A stretch of DNA of 64,000 nt, from the NCBI GenBank assembly GCA_951406725.2, contig OX597827.1:33728001-33792000 (forward strand), given 5' to 3'. The DNA is from Octopus vulgaris. Lineage: Eukaryota. The translations under genes and the position numbers were made by a program. Positions 61,173 to 64,000 of the stretch are shown piece by piece. The number at the start of each line of letters is the position of its first letter. The stretch's first letter is position 1. A model generated the notes under the pieces. It saw nothing but the letters and a program-made list of their open reading frames with translations, was not told where the DNA came from and ran no database searches.

Positions 61173-62590
61173 TTAAACAACAGCAGATTATAATGATTTA
61201 TTACATTGGCACAAGGTGGGGGAGAAAGAGGTAGTTAATTTGGTTTGTCCTCTGTTTATAGCTGGTACTTATTTTATTGATCCAAGAAGGTTCACTCTGG
61301 AGAAATCTAAACTGAAAATGTAGAGGGATAAAACTAAATACTGTAAAGTCTTTGGTTTCCTGTTTGGGGTAATCCAAGATATACTATGTATATGAAAAAA
61401 AATAAACAAGATGTTGATGGCTGCAATGCCTTCTATCATAGGACTGCTTAATCCTGTCTCACCTGTGGTTGATCAACAAAAACATGCAATCTCTGATGAC
61501 AAATAGTTGAGACATTTAGTGAAGAAGGGAGAAACTACCTCTCGCTCCTTCACTAAATGTTTAACTACAGGTCAGTCATGATCTAGCAAACATATGATCA
61601 AAGGCGTAGCAGCCATGGCCATTCTCTCTATTTTCTTAATACACAATGTTTCTAGGATCACATTATCCAGTGTGTCTTTTTTAAAGAAAATAGTGAGACT
61701 TAAGGGATATTTTGTTGCTCTTTCTAGCAAGCTGAGTGACTGCCTAAAGGTTCTTTTATTGTCGTGGAGTTATATGGTTGTTGTTTAGCTACACATTGGC
61801 CCTTGTTGAGTAGACCTATATAACAATGCTGTTCCAGCTGTGACCATCCTGTCTTTTTGTGAGGTACTGTGTAGCCAGGACCACATCGTCTAATTTATCT
61901 TGAATTTTGTGACGATTTGAGGGAGATGTGGCTTCTATTTCTAGCACTGCATAGACACACATTGCATTGCTTCTTCATTATCTTTGTTCATAGCTGTTTG
62001 GTGGCACACAAGTAGTCAGCTGATCAGGGAGGTACAATCCACAGATGGATCTCTGTAGTTATACCATGTCTCTAGCTAATGACCATACTGCACATTTTGA
62101 CATGCAATAATGAATTGTATGACCTGCAATATCAAGATATATTGAACTCTTTTCACAGTCCACTCTATTTCTCTACTCTATAGATACTTGTAGTGGACAT
62201 AGAGGAAGTAAGCAAAGATCTTAGTAGGCAGATAGACAGTTGGGAAGTGATTAGTGAAATAAGTAAATAAATACACAAAAGGAGGGACAAATGAGTAGAT
62301 TTCTTATGCAAAAAGCAAATAAAATAACTGGTTAAGAATCAGTTAACAGTGATCAAGTTGACATGATAAAAATCATCCCAACCAGAACCATTTTAACCTA
62401 TTTTTTTTATTATGACTCACATCTAAAAACTACGTAGGCCAACGTAATTTTTTTCCACCTCCTAGAATTGTAGACCGAGTTGTAGTTTTTAGTACAGAGA
62501 TGGCAAACTTATATGAAAAGCAGCAGTGACACACCAATATAACAAAAAAAAAATCTCTCAGTAAATATCATGCTTTAAAATGCTTATCTA

Positions 62591-62968
62591 CAGGTGCAGG
62601 CATAGGTGTGTGGTTAAGAAGCTTGCTCTGCAACCACACAGTTTTGAGTTTAGTCTCACAGTACAGCATCTTGGGCAAATGTCTTTTGCTATAGCCTCGG
62701 GCAGACCAATGCTCTGAGAGTGAATTTGATAAACAGAAACTGCATAGAAGCCGGTCGTATATATATATGTGTGTGTGTGTTTGTGCATCATTGTATGTAC
62801 TCACAACTTGACAACCAGTGTTTGTCGACATCCCTGTGACTATGCAGTTCAACAAAACAGGCAGACGGAATAAGCACCAGTCCGAAAAATAAGTACTGGG
62901 ACCGACCTGTTCAACTTAAAAACTCCCGGGGCAGTGCCCCAGCATAGTCACAGCCCAATGACTGAAAT
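62591..62968 (+). mobile_element. SINE family B, near full length
   Basis: AGGTGCAGGCATAGGTGTGTGGTTAAGAAGCTTGC head through ...CCCAGCAT.GTCACAGCCCAATGACTGAAA end. Confidence 0.8.
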
Positions 62969-64000
62969 ATGGAATTTACTTGAAACTTATTGTTATTGGA
63001 GGGTCACTTACATGTATACATATGTCAAACAATAGGAAAGTTAATGAGAAATTTAGACCTGCTCAGCTAAGATTCGCAACCTAGCAGGTCAAGAGATTAA
63101 GAGAATCCCTTATTTCAGTCATGTTTTTCATTTAACTCGAGGTCAGTTCTGATGGAGCCGACATATGATAAAAATATTCCAGCTATGACCATCCATCTAT
63201 TTTTAGGGTAAGTAGGACTACATTATCTAATGTGTCCTTATTTAAAACGGCTGCAGTGCGTGATTTGAGGGAAATCTGGTTGCTATTTCTTACCGGTCGA
63301 GAGAAAAAGTAGACGCTTTCTCGTGGCAGTGGTGTAGAGAAGGCAGTCAACTCTGTAATAGACATAATCTTTAAAAAATACAAAAAAATATACGAAAAAT
63401 TTTCCTAATACACGTTCTCTTGTACCCCTCTGTTTGTTTCTTGCTCTGCGACTCTCTCTTCATCCAATTAACACTATGCACGCATGTTTAAATTCTCTCT
63501 CCAGCCACCACTACAGTCGAAGTCGCCACCATCGTCATATCACTTTAGTGACATGGCACGGACACACAGACATCTAAATGCGCTCCAAACATCATCATCA
63601 CCGTCGTCATCATTATCAACATCATTATCATCATCATCGTCACCTCAACCATCATCAGCACATAATTCACCCATTCAATAGTTATGTAACCAGTCTTCGA
63701 GAAAGTCATGAATATCATGACTAAACCGAAAATCAGGTTTTAACTATTATTTATCAAGTAGCAGAAACGTTGGGTTAACGGATTAACAGCTTAAGTACTT
63801 TCGTTTTGAGTTCAAATTTCACTGGGGTTGATTTGTCCAGTATCGACACTGATAATAGGTAACGTACCGAGTTCGATTCAAGCGACTGTATATCTCATCC
63901 CTTCAAATCCAAACCAACGGGGTGGGCTGGATGCGATCATTCAATGCGTTAGAAATAGAAACCAAATTTCCCTCAAACCATACTCGACCATTTCAAAAAA

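Overview
AT-rich animal genomic DNA, dense in microsatellites and retroposons. The repeat families and gene style look like a cephalopod (octopus-like) genome; this is an inference, not verifiable here. There is one intact protein-coding gene: a six-finger C2H2 zinc-finger ORF (24820-25839, minus strand) with an N-terminal His15 tract and a probable spliced, uORF-rich 5' leader. The rest is decayed transposons: mariner, RTE, R4/Dong-like, L1/Tx1-like and CR1/Jockey-like LINEs, a Penelope-like RT+GIY-YIG element, several SINE families, MITEs and a Helitron-like element. The most interesting signal is a set of short non-coding elements lying in (TA)n/(TACA)n microsatellites that carry type I hammerhead-ribozyme (HHR) folds and/or long fold-back palindromes. 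They cluster around the Penelope-like element at 51.6-59 kb. One family has a G3-C8 swapped catalytic core (GUGAACA) in two diverged copies, one inside a 141-bp near-perfect palindrome. An intact canonical HHR element at 1.2-1.6 kb is fused to three locally templated fragments. All folds and alignments were done by eye; repeat boundaries are approximate and no database searches were run.
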